Assembly: GCA_030390025.1 (NCBI GenBank)
Contig: JASTWF010000031.1
Span: 3,224,001-3,288,000 of the forward strand
Direction: 5' to 3'
DNA length: 64,000 bases
DNA from: Squalus acanthias
Lineage: Eukaryota
The notes under the pieces are model-generated. The model made no database searches. It was given only the letters and a program-made list of their open reading frames with translations, and was not told the origin of the DNA. Position 1 is the stretch's first letter, and each line of letters starts with the position of its first letter. Of the stretch, positions 63,344 to 64,000 are shown one piece after another. The position numbers and the translations under genes are program-made.

Positions 63344-63370
63344 GGGCAGGGCAGGGCAGGGCAGGGCAGG
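63344..63370 (+). repeat. (GGGCA)5 microsatellite, G-quadruplex-capable
   Basis: Five GGG tracts with 2-nt loops. Confidence 0.8.
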
Positions 63371-64000
63371 AGCAGCACTGAAGAAGTTCAAACAGGGAAT
63401 TGTGAGCAAGCTGGGCACATTGTTGGTTGCCAATGACTTATTTTTCCAATGCAGTAAAAGCGATAAAATTATATCAATTCTGGTCAAAGATCTTTTTTTT
63501 TTAATATTTTGAAGAAAAGCCTGCCCATGGTGCAACAGGAATTTGCAGGGATCAGATTTTTGATGAACATTTTTAATTAAAAACATACCTTTAAAATTGA
63601 GGTGGCAATAAAGAAAAAAAGACTTTCTGCACGAACAATAAGAGGCGAATCTCCAAAATGGCTTGACGATGGGCACAATGCAGTAGAAGTGGATTAAGAT
63701 GAATTAATATTCAATTAGGCAGCAGAAAATATACTCTGTGTTCTGATGCTAGCCAGGGACTGAATCACCATAGTTTAGAATAATACAATGTGAAATAGTT
63801 ATCAAAAATATGATAAACATATCCTGTTAAAGAGTCGTTCTCCCCTATGTTAATAAATGTCAATAGTTCATTGAGAAACAAAATCCTTTGCTTAGTGCAC
63901 TGAACCATGTATTTCTAGATTTAGTGACATCTAGTTTTTATCATTGCATTTCTTCACATCTGGGGTGGCCATTATTTCCTTTGTCTACAATATATTCTGT

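Overview
Vertebrate genomic DNA. The repeat content (HE1/V-SINE, SacSINE1-like, CR1, L2, Penelope) points to a cartilaginous fish (shark). The only real protein-coding gene I can support is the 3' end of KIAA0319L (AAVR) on the + strand: seven phase-consistent GT-AG exons from 608 to the stop at 15356, then a probable ~5-kb 3'UTR. The other ~44 kb has no recognisable host gene and is made of LINE, SINE and Penelope fragments plus GC-rich MITEs with short TIRs and 3-bp TSDs (PIF/Harbinger-like). The best finding is a ~4.2-kb inversion (about 31311-35531) that can be reconstructed from the sequence alone. It breaks inside two different MITEs at an 8-bp inverted microhomology, and re-inverting it restores both MITEs, both host repeats and both 3-bp TSDs. 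Also notable: minimal hammerhead-ribozyme motifs in Penelope termini (one split by a MITE at its cleavage triplet), at least six LF-SINE-like copies (one in the putative 3'UTR), a hairpin- and TGACAG-rich MITE family, and a polarised 25-bp minisatellite next to a splice donor. I found no novel protein-coding system. Family assignments come from recalled consensus sequences, not database searches, and repeat boundaries are approximate unless a TSD is given.
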